Position numbers and translations under genes: made by a program. A model generated the notes under the pieces. The model did not search any database, had not been told where the DNA came from, and saw only the letters and a list, made by a program, of their open reading frames with translations. A DNA stretch of 64,000 nucleotides from NCBI RefSeq assembly GCF_002105155.1, contig NW_019028979.1, positions 620,001-684,000 on the forward strand, written 5' to 3'. The DNA is from Lobosporangium transversale. Taxonomy: Eukaryota. Positions 1 to 12,555 of this stretch are shown piece by piece. Position 1 is the stretch's first letter; every line of letters starts with the position of its first letter.

Positions 1-148
1 ATCGTAACAAGATTGGGCTCATATTTAAAGAAGGGTCAAATATTTTTCTTCGACTTCTTTCTTTCCTCTCTTCTCATTTCTCTCCAAACATTATCGACAC
101 ATAAGCCTAATATCAATCGTGGGCATTACAGCCTTGCACAGGGAGAAG

Positions 149-2149
149 ATGGTTACCCTTACTAGAGAGCAGATCAAAGATCGTATTCTCGGTTGCTTAT
201 TTGGTGAGAATGATCACAACCTTGAAGCTCTAGTACCATCATTATATCAAGCCGAGGTGACGGTTTACTTATCATTCTTTTTGCTCCTTTTGATTATTGC
301 AGGCAATGCAGTAGGAGATGCATATGGGTTGGCGACAGAATTCATGTCCAAGGAGACTGCCCGGAAACGTTATGGCAATGGACCTATTGCATTTGGTCTA
401 GATCCGGGGTAAGGTCTCTCCGAAGTTGCTGTGCAGGTGCTGAAAGTTAGCTCAATATGTTCTTCAAGTCGGTCATAACTATGATCATGACCATTTCTTT
501 TTTCTTTACTTTGTTGCTTCATCGCTTTTCTAAGCTATCCCATCTGGATTGATTATCATCGCTCAAAATGGGAACGAAACGATTTTACCGACGATACCGA
601 TCAAATGTTGCTTATTCTCCAATCACTACAGCAAACTCAAGACGGCCGACTTCATGCTGCCAACTTTTCCAAGAGGTTAAAGGAATGGAGCATTATCGGT
701 TTTCCAGAGTTGGGCACGCCTCCACGCGGCATTGGCTACACTGTCGGCTCGACGCTTTCCCATAGTGACTTTCGATACAATCCGCATAAGGCCGCATTTG
801 ATGTAAGTGCGGCTCGAAAGAACGACTATCCTCCCAAAAACTCTTGTTTCACATGTACAGGAGGGATTCATGCAATAGCTATTCTCTATGACTAATCTCT
901 GTATACTCGCTGACATACATCTTGGCGTTACAAATCCGATGCCTAGATCTGGGACAGCAAAGGGCGTACACTTGCTGCAAATGGCGCTGTGATGCGAACT
1001 TCAGTGCTTGGTATTGAATCATTTTGGGATGAAGCTAGGGTGGTGGAGAACGCTCTTGCAGCGGCCAAAGTTACTCATGCTGATCCACGCTCCGTAGTGA
1101 GCGCCTTGATAGCATCGGTCCTCATTTCGCGACTGCTACGAGGAGGAGGAGTGGATATTGACCAAGATAGTGCACATGTCTGGAACGCAAGGCTTCAGCA
1201 GGCCCAGTATAAGCAAGAGCTCCTGGACTACTTACGACGCGGGTCATATATCCAGGGCGAGCAATCCTCTAACCCTGCATATGAGCCGGAGACAGAGCAA
1301 AACCTCTTCAAGAATAAAGATAAGAATGCGATCGCTGAATCACGCCTCCAGTCTGCCATGGCAGCATGGACTTCATCACCAGATACTGCTACCCGCAGTT
1401 TCGGGTTGGGGATCGTTGAGAAGGTTGCCAACTTTGTGAAAGGCACGCCTGCAGCCGCTTCCCCCGATAACTGGAACACAGGACGGCCAACTGTCCAACT
1501 GAGAAAGAACATTGGCTGGGGAGGTATAGATCAGGTTGGGGGCAGTCAACCTATGACTGCCTTGGCTAGATCTGTTGTGAACGACTACATCTTTTTGCTC
1601 CGGGAAACGGACTTGATACCGTCCACTATTCGCATCGAAAACAGTGCACAGGGAAACAATGCACTTGATGGTTCTGAGCAGATTCAGCAGGCCCATGATA
1701 AGACACTGGCTTCCATTCAAGATAAGTGGGCCTACGAGCTCGAGTCCCATTGTTTCCCTAACAATTTAGCCCAGCTCGACCTTGGCGAAGGCTCGACGAT
1801 GGGGTATACCTTCAAGTGTGTTGGCGTTGGCTTTTATGCTGTTACCCGCCATGAGGACCCTCAACCAATAGATAGCGCCTATAATGGTCCGGCAGGCCTT
1901 TTTCGTGGCATTATGGAGCAGGTGACGCTAGAAGCCGGCGATGCCGATACTAACGGAGCAGTTGTAGGGTCACTGCTAGGTGCACGATTTGGGATTGAAA
2001 AAGGTATCCCTTCTTCTTGGTGGACGGAGTTACGACATTTTGAGTGGTTGAACCATGAGGTTAATGACTTTGCAGAAAGAGTACTGTTAATGTACGAAGA
2101 CCATGAACAGCGGTTACAGCGACAACAGCAGCAGGACACACAACAATAG
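149..2149 (+). CDS. ADP-ribosylglycohydrolase family protein (4 exons: 149-203, 303-408, 535-802, 947-2149)
   Basis: Motifs GCLFGNAVGDAYG, FTDDTDQ, AANGAVMR, THADPR, GDADTNGAVVGSLLGA; GT-AG introns keep the frame. Confidence 0.9.
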
Positions 2150-3407
2150 ATGTATACTGTAGGATGCGTCAGAAGATGCTATGTCTCTTTTACGCACTTG
2201 AGCAATTCATTTTTTAAATAAATAAATGCATAGTGCGTTATGGGTTGACTAATTTATTTAAATGACGATCTGCATATTCTTTTTTTTCGATGATGGCTCC
2301 TGCAGAGCTATTAGCAATGTTAGGCCTCCACTATGCTAGGCGGAAGGAGCCAGTAGTGCAGGGCATTCGCATAAAGCTGCCATCCTTATTTTAGCCTACG
2401 GTTTGAAGAGTGGTTCCTATCTCATTCTACAAATTGCCGTTCATGCAACCATGCAAAAGTCAACACAATGTAGTACACTAAGGAGACATATAGAGCAGTA
2501 GTGGCTAAACAGCTGCTGAAGAGCTATTTACTCCGGTTACAGAGTTTTCGTGGTATTGAGCGTGGGATAGAACATGGTCTCACAACATTCGTTGCCCTTT
2601 GAGAGGGAAAATTTGGCGCTTGAAGGAGCGTGCTGGAACCATATGTCTCAATCCCCCAATTCCTCCTTGAATTGACTTAGTACTGCATACTTTTTTTTTA
2701 TGTTGCACTGTGGGCTTTCAAAGAAAAGGAAGTATTTGGGCAGAGGTATTTATCAGGCTCCAGTCATAAATACTTTGCTTCCTAGCGGTATATAGGTCCT
2801 TTGTCCTAAAGAATGAGAGGCCAAGCTTTAGACCGCCTTAGAGCTTGAGACAAAGGCATTTCTGGGTATTGAAGCTATTATGGCAAATGAATTCTTGACA
2901 GTTGGATCGCTTGATGCATGGGAGTATCAAAGCAAACTAAAAGCATGTCTTTTTTCCACTGACCAATGCTTGAGACGGGCTGAAGAGCAAAATGCCAGTA
3001 AAGAGGACATGGAATGAGGTTTCACGTTGATGCTTGTGTTAGAGTTGCGCCTGTATTACATAAAAAAAAAACGATATTCAGCGCTTCTTTAGGTGGCATA
3101 AAGGGCATGCGTGCACACATGTTAATTGCGAAAAGCCTCTGTAAACCTTTAAAAGGCCTTGCTTTCGTAGTGTCTAATTGAGTTACATAAATCTATACAT
3201 ACAACTGAACTGATGGCCCTTTTATATCTTTAATTCATTTAGCAACAGAATAACTATAGCAATAAGAGAGCCTTTTGTAATTTAGATACTGCCCCTGGCA
3301 ATAAAGGAATTCTTTTTTTTTTTTATCAGCCATTACTGATCGCTGTCTGTAATTTCCACCTGTGGCAATTCTTGCCTATCCGCGAATTGTGTGTTATGAT
3401 AATTAGT

Positions 3408-3438
3408 CGCGTTTCGCGTTGGTGGTACATTCCACGTG
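3408..3438. promoter_or_regulatory. MCB-like CGCG boxes and a CACGTG E-box upstream of ORC5
   Basis: cgcgtttcgcgtt at 3408-3420 and cacgtg at 3433-3438, about 100 bp before the ATG. Confidence 0.45.
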
Positions 3439-3529
3439 ATTTCATTCTGCCAAATGAGGCAACTCTGCTTTCAGTTCCATCGCTTCATGCCTTCATGCCA
3501 TTGGAACATTAGTATTTCAACTTTTCAGA

Positions 3530-4531
3530 ATGGCCAATCCATTGCATCGTGAAAAATTACATCATTCTTTTCCAGGCAGAGCAAAGCAAATTGATCAGAT
3601 CCTTAGCTTTATGGGAAAGGTATATTTGTGTGGATTTTTTTCTATTTTTTATTTTATTTTATTTTGGCGTTAATAACTCCTTTTATTAAGAATATCCTAT
3701 TTATTTTTCAAAGCATTCACACCATTTTCATATTATCACTACAATAATCTTTGTAAATGAATTTAAAAGCCCACAGCTCCTACACCGCCAGCTTTATTTA
3801 TCAATGGAAACTCGTCGTTGGGGAAGACATCGGTCGTCAAAGCTATTCTTTCTACTGTATTAGGCGACACTAGTCCCAGCCATTATGCATTCCTGGACTG
3901 TATAGAATGCCATACGCCCCGTCTGATTTTTGAGCATGCCATATATCAATTCCGGCATCCACCTTCTGTACGATGGCGATATCCAGCTGATCTCCATTCT
4001 CAACAACAAGCGGATCAAATCATGGATGGATATGCTCACGCTCAACATACAGCTGAGGCAGATCAAAGTGGTAGTGGTAGCAGCAGAAGTAGTAGTAATG
4101 AGGATGGCAGCTCACCAAGTCAGGATCCACAAATGAGTGATGGCTCTGGAAGGAAGGATATTGACACAGGCACAACTCTTGTCAAGAATGGCGAAGGAAG
4201 ACGGAAGAGGAAGTGGATCCAGGATGAAATCATTACTTCGGGGCCACCCACTTGGGACAAGTGCGAAAACATCAATGAATTTGTGGAGTGGTGTCGGAGG
4301 ATCTGCGCTGATGGCAATGATGGCCAAGGTCATGCTTCAATACACGCTAAGGGCTCAGCATATTCAGAAGAACAACGTCAGCGTAAAGGACAGCATGATA
4401 CCCGTTATCTCGTTCTTGACCGAGCAGAAAGACTGAGAGATAATGCACCAACCTTAATTCCTGTTCTCATGCGTCTCCAAGAGCTCGTAAGTTATTCCTA
4501 TCTAAATCAATTACTTAGTCTTCAAGGCTCC

Positions 4532-4563
<32 letters not shown>

Positions 4564-4660
4564 AGGGAGAGAACTAAGCGGCCATCGTCTTGTATTTTCG
4601 CGCCCTAAATATTGTTAATCTTTCTCACTGCATTTTTGCCTTCGGTACTCTGGGATGCTG

Positions 4661-4693
<33 letters not shown>

Positions 4694-6034
4694 CGCTTCC
4701 TAGACTGGCCGCAATATCTGTGTCATCTTTATCACAAGTATCGTTTGGGAAAAGTTCCGTTCCAAAAATGGGGGATATGAGCCCATCATTATGAACTTTC
4801 CTCAATACTCAAAAGATATGTATAGTAACTGCGGATTGAGTATGATGACAGAAAAGAGGCCCTTTTTTCTTTTATTTTTTAATTATTTCTGATTGATATT
4901 CAGCATTCTTATCAATATGTGTTTTATTCTCATTATTGGGGCTGATTACGCGAGACAATTGCTATTTTAGAACGGGATTTACCTGAGGGCCAAGATAAAG
5001 AGCTGTATATGCGGTTTGTGGATCTGGTTTATAATGTTTTTCAGAGGAACTGTAAGGATCTAAACGAAATTCGGCACTTGGTTGCATTGCTATTCCCATT
5101 GTATATTAAGCCGATAAAGGAAGGCAAAAGTAAGATCTTTGGTTTTTTATTCTTTATTTTTTTTTCAATGGCCGTGAAATATGTTGACCAAAACTCCGCT
5201 TGTTGACTCAAGTTGTTTATCGTTCTACTCCTTTTATTTCATTTAGTCCAAAAGCATGAAGGATTAAAACTTCATCGACATATTCAGGCTTATTTTGTAG
5301 AAGCGATGGATAAACTATACCTTCGGGAGATTTCAAGTACGGAGTGGGTTGATCGCACTTTACTCACTTCTTCAGGATCTTTTAAGAGCAAACATGGAGG
5401 CACTCTTGGAGAATCTTTGATAGCCAGGTCCAGTTCAGAAGCGGCTAAGGATGAGCGGGCGTTGATGAATGCCGTTGATATTCAGAGTATGTCGTTATTT
5501 TACACACACACACACAAAAAAGATTCACTGCTCTATCACATGCCAATATACCTAACTTTTTTTCTTTTTTTTTTAAACTTAGACACATTCGATTTGCCTT
5601 ACTTTACAAAATTCATTTTAATAGCGTCATTTCTCGCGTCTTATAACCCGCCCCGGTTGGATTTGCGATATTTTGCCAAAGTGTCCAATCAAGGTGGCAA
5701 GATGTCCAAGCGCAGCAAGGTGGCTGCTGCCAAGAAGCATGGGCACGAGCAGCTAGGTACGAAATTGAGGCAGCAGTTACTTGGCCCAAAAACGTTTCCA
5801 ATTGAGCGAATGCTGGCCATCTTCTACAGTATATTGGATGAAGAGGTGGAAGAGAACGTGAACGTACACACACAGATCGCATCCTTGGTCTCACTCCGGC
5901 TCCTGCAAAGAGTTACCCCAATGGATAAACTGGACTCTATTAAGTGCAAGTGCAACGTCAGTTATGACACGATCAAAGCAATAGCGAAAAGTATCAAATT
6001 TGACATTGATAGATATCTCTATGATTTTGCATAA
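3530..6034 (+). CDS. ORC5: Origin recognition complex subunit 5 (spliced)
   Basis: FPGRAKQI, Walker A GNSSLGKT, LVLDRAERLRD, and the ORC5 C-terminal motifs LIASFLASYNPPRLD and GPKTFPIERMLAIF. Confidence 0.92.
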
Positions 6035-6160
6035 ATTCATATTCCTGTCACAATCATAAAGAAACCAACGTTTTTATTCTATTCCAAGGTAAATGGATGT
6101 ATTTGAATAAAAAAAGACTATGAACAAAAATAATGGGATGTGAAAATAGACGAAGAGATT

Positions 6161-7285
6161 CTAAGCCTTGTTGATGAAGCTCTGGCCCTTGGCGATGTTA
6201 CCCTTGAGCTCAGGAATAGCAGCACTGATAAGACCTTTCTCATACTCATTGACATTGCCAACGGGGTGGATCTTCTCAACACCATTGGGACCGAGCTCAA
6301 CGTTGGTGGCAAAGTACTCAACACCCTCCTTGGCGAAGACGTCCGACTTGACAAAAGTAGGCTCAACAATGCCCTTCTTACCAGCAACAGTGGCCTCAAG
6401 GAGAGAGTTGGTGAAGCGAGCACCAGCAAAAGCCATGGAAAGGGTGGCAGAGCCAGCGCCATTCTTGGCCTTTACGACCTCGTCACCACCAAACTGGATG
6501 CGGTGGGTCAAAGCCTTAACCTCCTCCTCAGTGAAGCTATGGCCAGACTGGGACAGAAGAGGAACGATGGTGACACCGGAGTGTCCACCAATGACGGTGA
6601 TCTTGGCCTGATCAGTGGGGACCTTCTTAACCTCAGCGACAAAGCGGGAGGCACGAACAACATCAAGGGTGGTGACACCGAAGATTCTATCATGTCGACA
6701 ATAAGCAATGAATGAAATAGTGTTAGAATAACCGCAGAGTATTTAAGTGGTGTAAGGACTGCAAATATAGCTTTTTTATTTACCTCTTGGGGTCAAAGAC
6801 ACCAGCTTTCTTGAAGACCTCAGCAACGATTGGGACGGTCGAGTTGACGGGGTTGGCAATGACCAAAACATGGGCCTTAGGGCAGTGCCTGAAACACATA
6901 AAAAAAATTATGTTTGCAGTCACATTAAGGGTCTGTCCTTCCCTCTTTGTGTTCTGTGTGCAGCTCTAACATAATTGAATTCACTTACTCAGCGCAGGCC
7001 TGAGCCAAATCGCGGACGATAGAGGCGTTGGTGTTGAAGAGATCATCACGAGTCATACCAGGCTTGCGTGGAACACCGGCTATGACAGGTAAATGAAAGG
7101 ATAAAGAGAAAAAAATGGTTAACATGGTGATAAGCAATATGATCACTTAAGCATGTTCTATTGATGTTATAGTCATATAGGATTTTAAGACAAGGTCGTA
7201 CCAGGGATGACAACAACTTCGCAGCCAGTAAGGGCCTCCTTAAGACCATTGTTGTCAGGAGTATGGCCAGTGACCTGCATTAATT

Positions 7286-7334
<49 letters not shown>

Positions 7335-8157
7335 GAGCATTCGATATGAAAATAGATCCCCTTAAAAATTTCTCCATATCTTTGCAAGCACTGTCCATAT
7401 GTAATGGTGACGATTCTGACGATGCGACTTGAGAAAATCCAAGTCGGAGATTTTGGCGAAACTTTGTCACTTCCAGATTAACCGGCGGAAGAGTAAGCCC
7501 GACAAAGCTCAGCATGAATATTTTCAAGAGGCCCATCCCTTATGCTACTGAAAATATTTTAATATTCATCTCAAAAAGGCTTACCTTTGAGTCAGTGTTG
7601 ATGTGGCTCAAATCAGCAGCAACACCGGGGGTGTTGACAATGTCGTAGAGAGAGAGATGAGAGATCAAGCTCGACTGCTTAAGGAGGAGCGACAAAGGCT
7701 GACCAATACCACCGGCAGCACCAAGAACAGCAACCCTAAAGTATGAAATAACGAATAGATCAATAGATTGTGAGGTGGGTGAGCATATTGTTAGGACCGC
7801 CGTAGAGGGTAGATCATTGGCACACACGATTATCACTAGCGTCTGCTTTTTTTAAAAATATATATATATTTATTTCAAAAGAAAACTTACTTGGCAGCGT
7901 TCTACAAAAGCCGTGTAATAGTATAAAACACGTGTTTAGAACATCAAAAGCAGGCCAAATGACAGGGAATAAAAAAAAAAAAAAAAAAAAACAATGAATA
8001 GAATGAGATCAGTGCATGTCAATGACTACAGTTTATTAATGTCCAAGTCAAACAGTAAAGCCTTTATCAAATCAGGTTGTGAGCGAGCGCGTACCGAAGA
8101 TGCAGAAGTTGAGAAAGCGCGTTTAGCGATAGAGGAGATCTGACGGGTGGCGAACAT
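6161..8157 (-). CDS. MDH1: Malate dehydrogenase, mitochondrial (exons ~8157-8095, 7901-7891, 7735-7585, 7274-7202, 7079-6989, 6888-6784, 6686-6161)
   Basis: Basic presequence [57 protein letters not shown]. Confidence 0.96.
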
Positions 8158-8652
8158 GGCTGCTTGTTTGAGTAGAGTGGAGTGAAGGGTGGTGAAAGTG
8201 ATGAAAAAGAAGAAAGAAAGTGTAAGAGAGAGAATTAACCAGGAATAAAAAAAGAAAAAAGAAAAAAAGACTGGGGAAATTGTCCAATTGCGGGAAGATC
8301 GGGTTCCATCGCAGCAGCCATAATGACCAGCCAATCAATTCTCAGAGAAACTTTCCCTCTGTTGCTGTCAGTGAGAGCTTGGAGTCTAAACTTACACGTG
8401 ACAGTGCACCCACCCCTAGAAAGGACAAGCCGAGGGTCCAAAAGCAATTATTGAATATGAACCTTATCGGCAACGTGATATGTATCAGGCACATGCATTG
8501 TTTTATTCGTGTATCAAGCCGTGTTGGTAGCAATGTTACTGTTGGATATACTGATAGATCATAAATATCTCCAGAAAATAAAAGAGTATCTTGATCTGCC
8601 TATAACATGAACGTGTCATATTATATGGGAATGTGTATACATATCATGTCTA

Positions 8653-10839
8653 TTACAAAAAGAACAACTCCGCCATGTTCTTCGGGCGCGATGAGCTCAA
8701 TTGAGGCTTCTGCTTGTACTTCTCCCGCATCAGATCACGGATGCTATTAAGGAAATCCTGGTATGTTTGCACAGAATTTTCGCGGTAACTATGGATGTGT
8801 AATCACGAAAACAAAAAAAAAAATAAAAAAATAAAAAAAAAATGAGTATTCATTCATGATAGTCATGATGGGAAAAGCAATAAAATCAATTTGCTACCTC
8901 TTGGTGAATGCGTAGGTCATTGCGCCATTCGCGGACGAGGTCTTTCCTCGAGTGACGCTCACATCAGCGGATGTTTCGTCGTCTTTACATCTATAATGTA
9001 GCCATAAAGAAATTCGCCATCATTTCAAAGGGTTATGACATTAAGTTAATTAATAGTAGATAATAGAATTCAAGAAAATTATATCCTTAGTTCCAGATAA
9101 CCGTTGATTCCATTGATATTGATGCCGTAACCACGCATACTATCAACAATAATAGTGGTGAAATTAAGAAAACCTACCCACTAAACATGACTACATCTGC
9201 GTCATGGACAGCCTTAAGCTTGACCTGGAGTTCAAACTTTTCTTTCTCCTCCTTCAGCTTCACCCATTTTGCCTGGAGATTCTTAAGCGCTTCTGGATCA
9301 AAGTTGCCTGAGACGAGTTCATGACCTAGATTAGCAAGAGCGTCTGAACCCCGAATGTAGCCGGTTCCCGTATAGATGTATGGCAGGTCCAAAGCAGATC
9401 CTGAGTGGCAGCAATCAAATAAAACCGTCAGACGGACACCTGGGGGCAATGCCTTGACCAGAATCATGTGCAACTCCTAAACAACCATTCAAATAAAAAG
9501 TATATGATACTAAGTTAAAAAAAAAAAAAAAAAAAAGGAAAAATAATAACAATACGTATCATCTAAGGACTCCTTACATCGTCTATAATCACCCCATTCT
9601 CTTTATGATCAAGAGGGAAAATGCAGTTGTCATAGTCTCCAACCTCATCGTCATCGAGATCCAGAACTTGACCCCCATGTCCAGAATAATGCAAGAAAAG
9701 TCTATTGGTTTAGGTCAAACATCAATTATGTGTTTTTTTTTTTTTTTTTTGCGACCCACCCATTCCTCAGAAGCTTGTACTTACGAGTCATCTTTCTGAG
9801 CACCATGAAGTAACCATTTGAGATTCTCAATAATATTCTCGCGAGTGGGCATCCAAGGGGTGTCGACTTGATCGTCTGTGAGAACGCGGATATTCTCTTC
9901 TTTGAAGTTAAAACCCAAAAGGAAATCTTTCATGACCGCAGTGTCGTTGATACAACCTGAAATAATAAAATGCACTTGAAAAGATGAGACCTGTCTTCTA
10001 TTCTCTAAATTGTCTCGACTTATTATACGAATAATTAGAAATTCACTGAGTTTACCTTGCAGAGGGTTAGGGCGACCAGTGTAATTGATCCCAATTAGAA
10101 GCGCACGACGTTCTCCAGTGCATTTGGAGAGTGACTGTGCAGAACCGTTTGAATGCTTGACTTTCATTGATTGAACAAGCACCTCTTTGACTGTATCGGT
10201 GCCTGATTTAATTACCTCTTTAACCTCAGTCTTAGTCTCGGACACAGGAATGGATGGCAATGGCTTGTCAGACTTTGAGGAACGGCGTGAAAGCTAGTTG
10301 TATGCAGATAAGGTAAGTAAAAAAGGCTTCAATATATTAGGGCTACTATTGAGCAGAAACACAATTAGCTTTTTTTTTTTTTGACTCACGCGCTTGAAGA
10401 ACTTTGAGAATGGCGACGAGCCTGAGGACGAAGACGAGGAAGATGTAGTTGTGGTGGTCTTTGTGACCTTGCGACCATCATCATCAATTGTTGACTGCAC
10501 AACGATCGTTGGCTCGTTTTGGATTGCGGTTGCTCCTTGCTCAAAGTTTAGTTTGTTATTGAACTCCTGATGGAGTTCGGGTTGGGCACCATTCTTATCG
10601 CTGGAGCTGTAGCTGGATGAGTGATAGGTCGTCGTGGTGCCATTCTGAGGAATGCCTGCATCGGCAGTCGACACCAATGTAGCGCCCTCAGGGATAGGGG
10701 TTCCCGCAGGGACCTCAACCTGATAGGAATGTGTTATTTTTTTAATAGTTTTCGTGACCTTGCGACCATCTGGCAAAACAGTGACGACTGTTTCCACGTT
10801 CACTATGGGTTCACCGACTTCTCGGGGTTGAGACGACAT
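8653..10839 (-). CDS. MCA1: Metacaspase (peptidase C14), spliced
   Basis: RALLIGINY, GCINDT, catalytic HYSGHG and LFDCCHSGSALDLPY; last exon QKPQLSSSRP ending at TAA 8653. Confidence 0.9.
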
Positions 10840-11790
10840 TTGGAATGGAGGTTTAATGAGAGATGAGTCACGAAAGGAAAAGGATGAGATGAAGAGAGGG
10901 AGAAGAGAAGGCTGTGTAGCAATGAAGTGAAGGGTAGAGAGAAGGGAGGAGGAAGAGGTGAGAAAGAAAAAAGAAAGAAAGAAAGGGGTTGAGGCGGATT
11001 ATGAAGTTGATGGCTGAAAAGACATTTTCCCGGACGGCAAGGCCAACGTTGAAAAAGAGCAGGAGTTGTTGAGCTTATGTGCATGCCTTTGCTATTGGCA
11101 TTGATATCGTTCTCATTGAACAACAATGCAGGTTTTTTTAAAATGGGTTCTTGGAGTGGTTGGAAGATTATAAAAATGTTTGTATTCATGGTGTTGTGTG
11201 GGAACGAACACAGTAAACAACACCAAAGTATTTAAAAGCCGTTACACTAACAGGGCTGTACCTCGGCCTGTTGAACATTGAGAGGGGCACTTCCATGTTC
11301 AACATGCTGGGTTATTGGATTAAAAAACAAAAAGAATCAATTGAGAGCACTTTTCTTTTTTTCCTCTTTTTCTCTGTTCCCCATAACAATGCTCCTTGAA
11401 GGCATGGGTTAAACTTATTCATCTTCTTGCTTAAATAAACCTTCTGCTGTATGCGTCGAATATCCATCCACCTATGCATGTATACGCTTGATGAATATGG
11501 AATAAAAGACGCTATAGACCTAATTACATTTACAGTATTTGCAAGACTAACGTTGCAATCAGAGGAATGGGGACTGGCAAGGATTGATGGGTTCTGCTGT
11601 CAGACGATATTCAGGGCCAAGTACATGCTCATTGCTTGCTCAATGCTTGCTCAATGCTGGGGTGCTGTATCAAGGATGTCTGTATCTGCTAAGACTTTTT
11701 TTTTTTTTTTTTTTTTAACAGGCGAGATGAAAAGGAAAAAGATTTTTCAAAATGTTGCCAATTCATTCACTTGCTTATGTCATTCGTTCC

Positions 11791-11825
<35 letters not shown>

Positions 11826-12308
11826 TTGTTGTTTGTGAGAGAAGAGTGCTTATAAAACGATCCTCTTTCAGGACAGGATCGCATAGCAAACTTTTTAGGC
11901 CTACTCGAAAGAAAAAGTGATTGCAGGCTTGTTCATTTTGAGAGTTATAAAAGATTATCTTACGGTTGTAGTTAAGTTTGCGAGTATATGATACTAGTCC
12001 AGCATGGGAGATGTGCGCACAGTAAGCCAGGTTGTCACCAGGGCGGTATTTATAAACATACACATTCATTCATAGACGACTGCGGTTGTGGCCGCAGTGG
12101 ATTTTCTGGGGGCGTTGCTCTTTTCATGATCGGATAGCTTTTCCACCAAGCATACTGCGCCACTGTTGTCTGAATGTGTAGTAGACAAGTGTTGAGGAGG
12201 CTGTTTTTTTCTTTTTTCTTTTGTAGGAGTGGGTGGCAAGAGGCGGTGCATCCCGTGGGCAATGACTACAGTGAGGGCGAGTCACTCATTTACAAAAACC
12301 CACGTACG

Positions 12309-12342
<34 letters not shown>

Positions 12343-12555
12343 TGCTTTCAATCTTCTCTCTTCAAGTATTGCGTGGTCTTGTTCTTTTTTCTCTCTCTCC
12401 TCACCTCCTTGAAAATATTCCCAAAGGCGTCACTCCATCATTCCTTCTCTTTCTGTCTACTGTCTTTCTGTCCTTGGTCATCCTTCATATCTTTTTTTCT
12501 TCCTCTCTCTCATTTCACTCTTATTCTTCATTGTCTGTCCCTCTCTAGTCGCGTC

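Noticed and set aside
6140..6715. 191-aa ORF antisense to MDH
   Set aside because: Shadow frame arising from the strong codon bias of a highly expressed gene; it is nearly coextensive with the last MDH exon.
12174..12548. Poly-K/poly-F ORFs here and throughout the window
   Set aside because: Translations of intronic or UTR homopolymer tracts, whose lengths may also be assembly-dependent.
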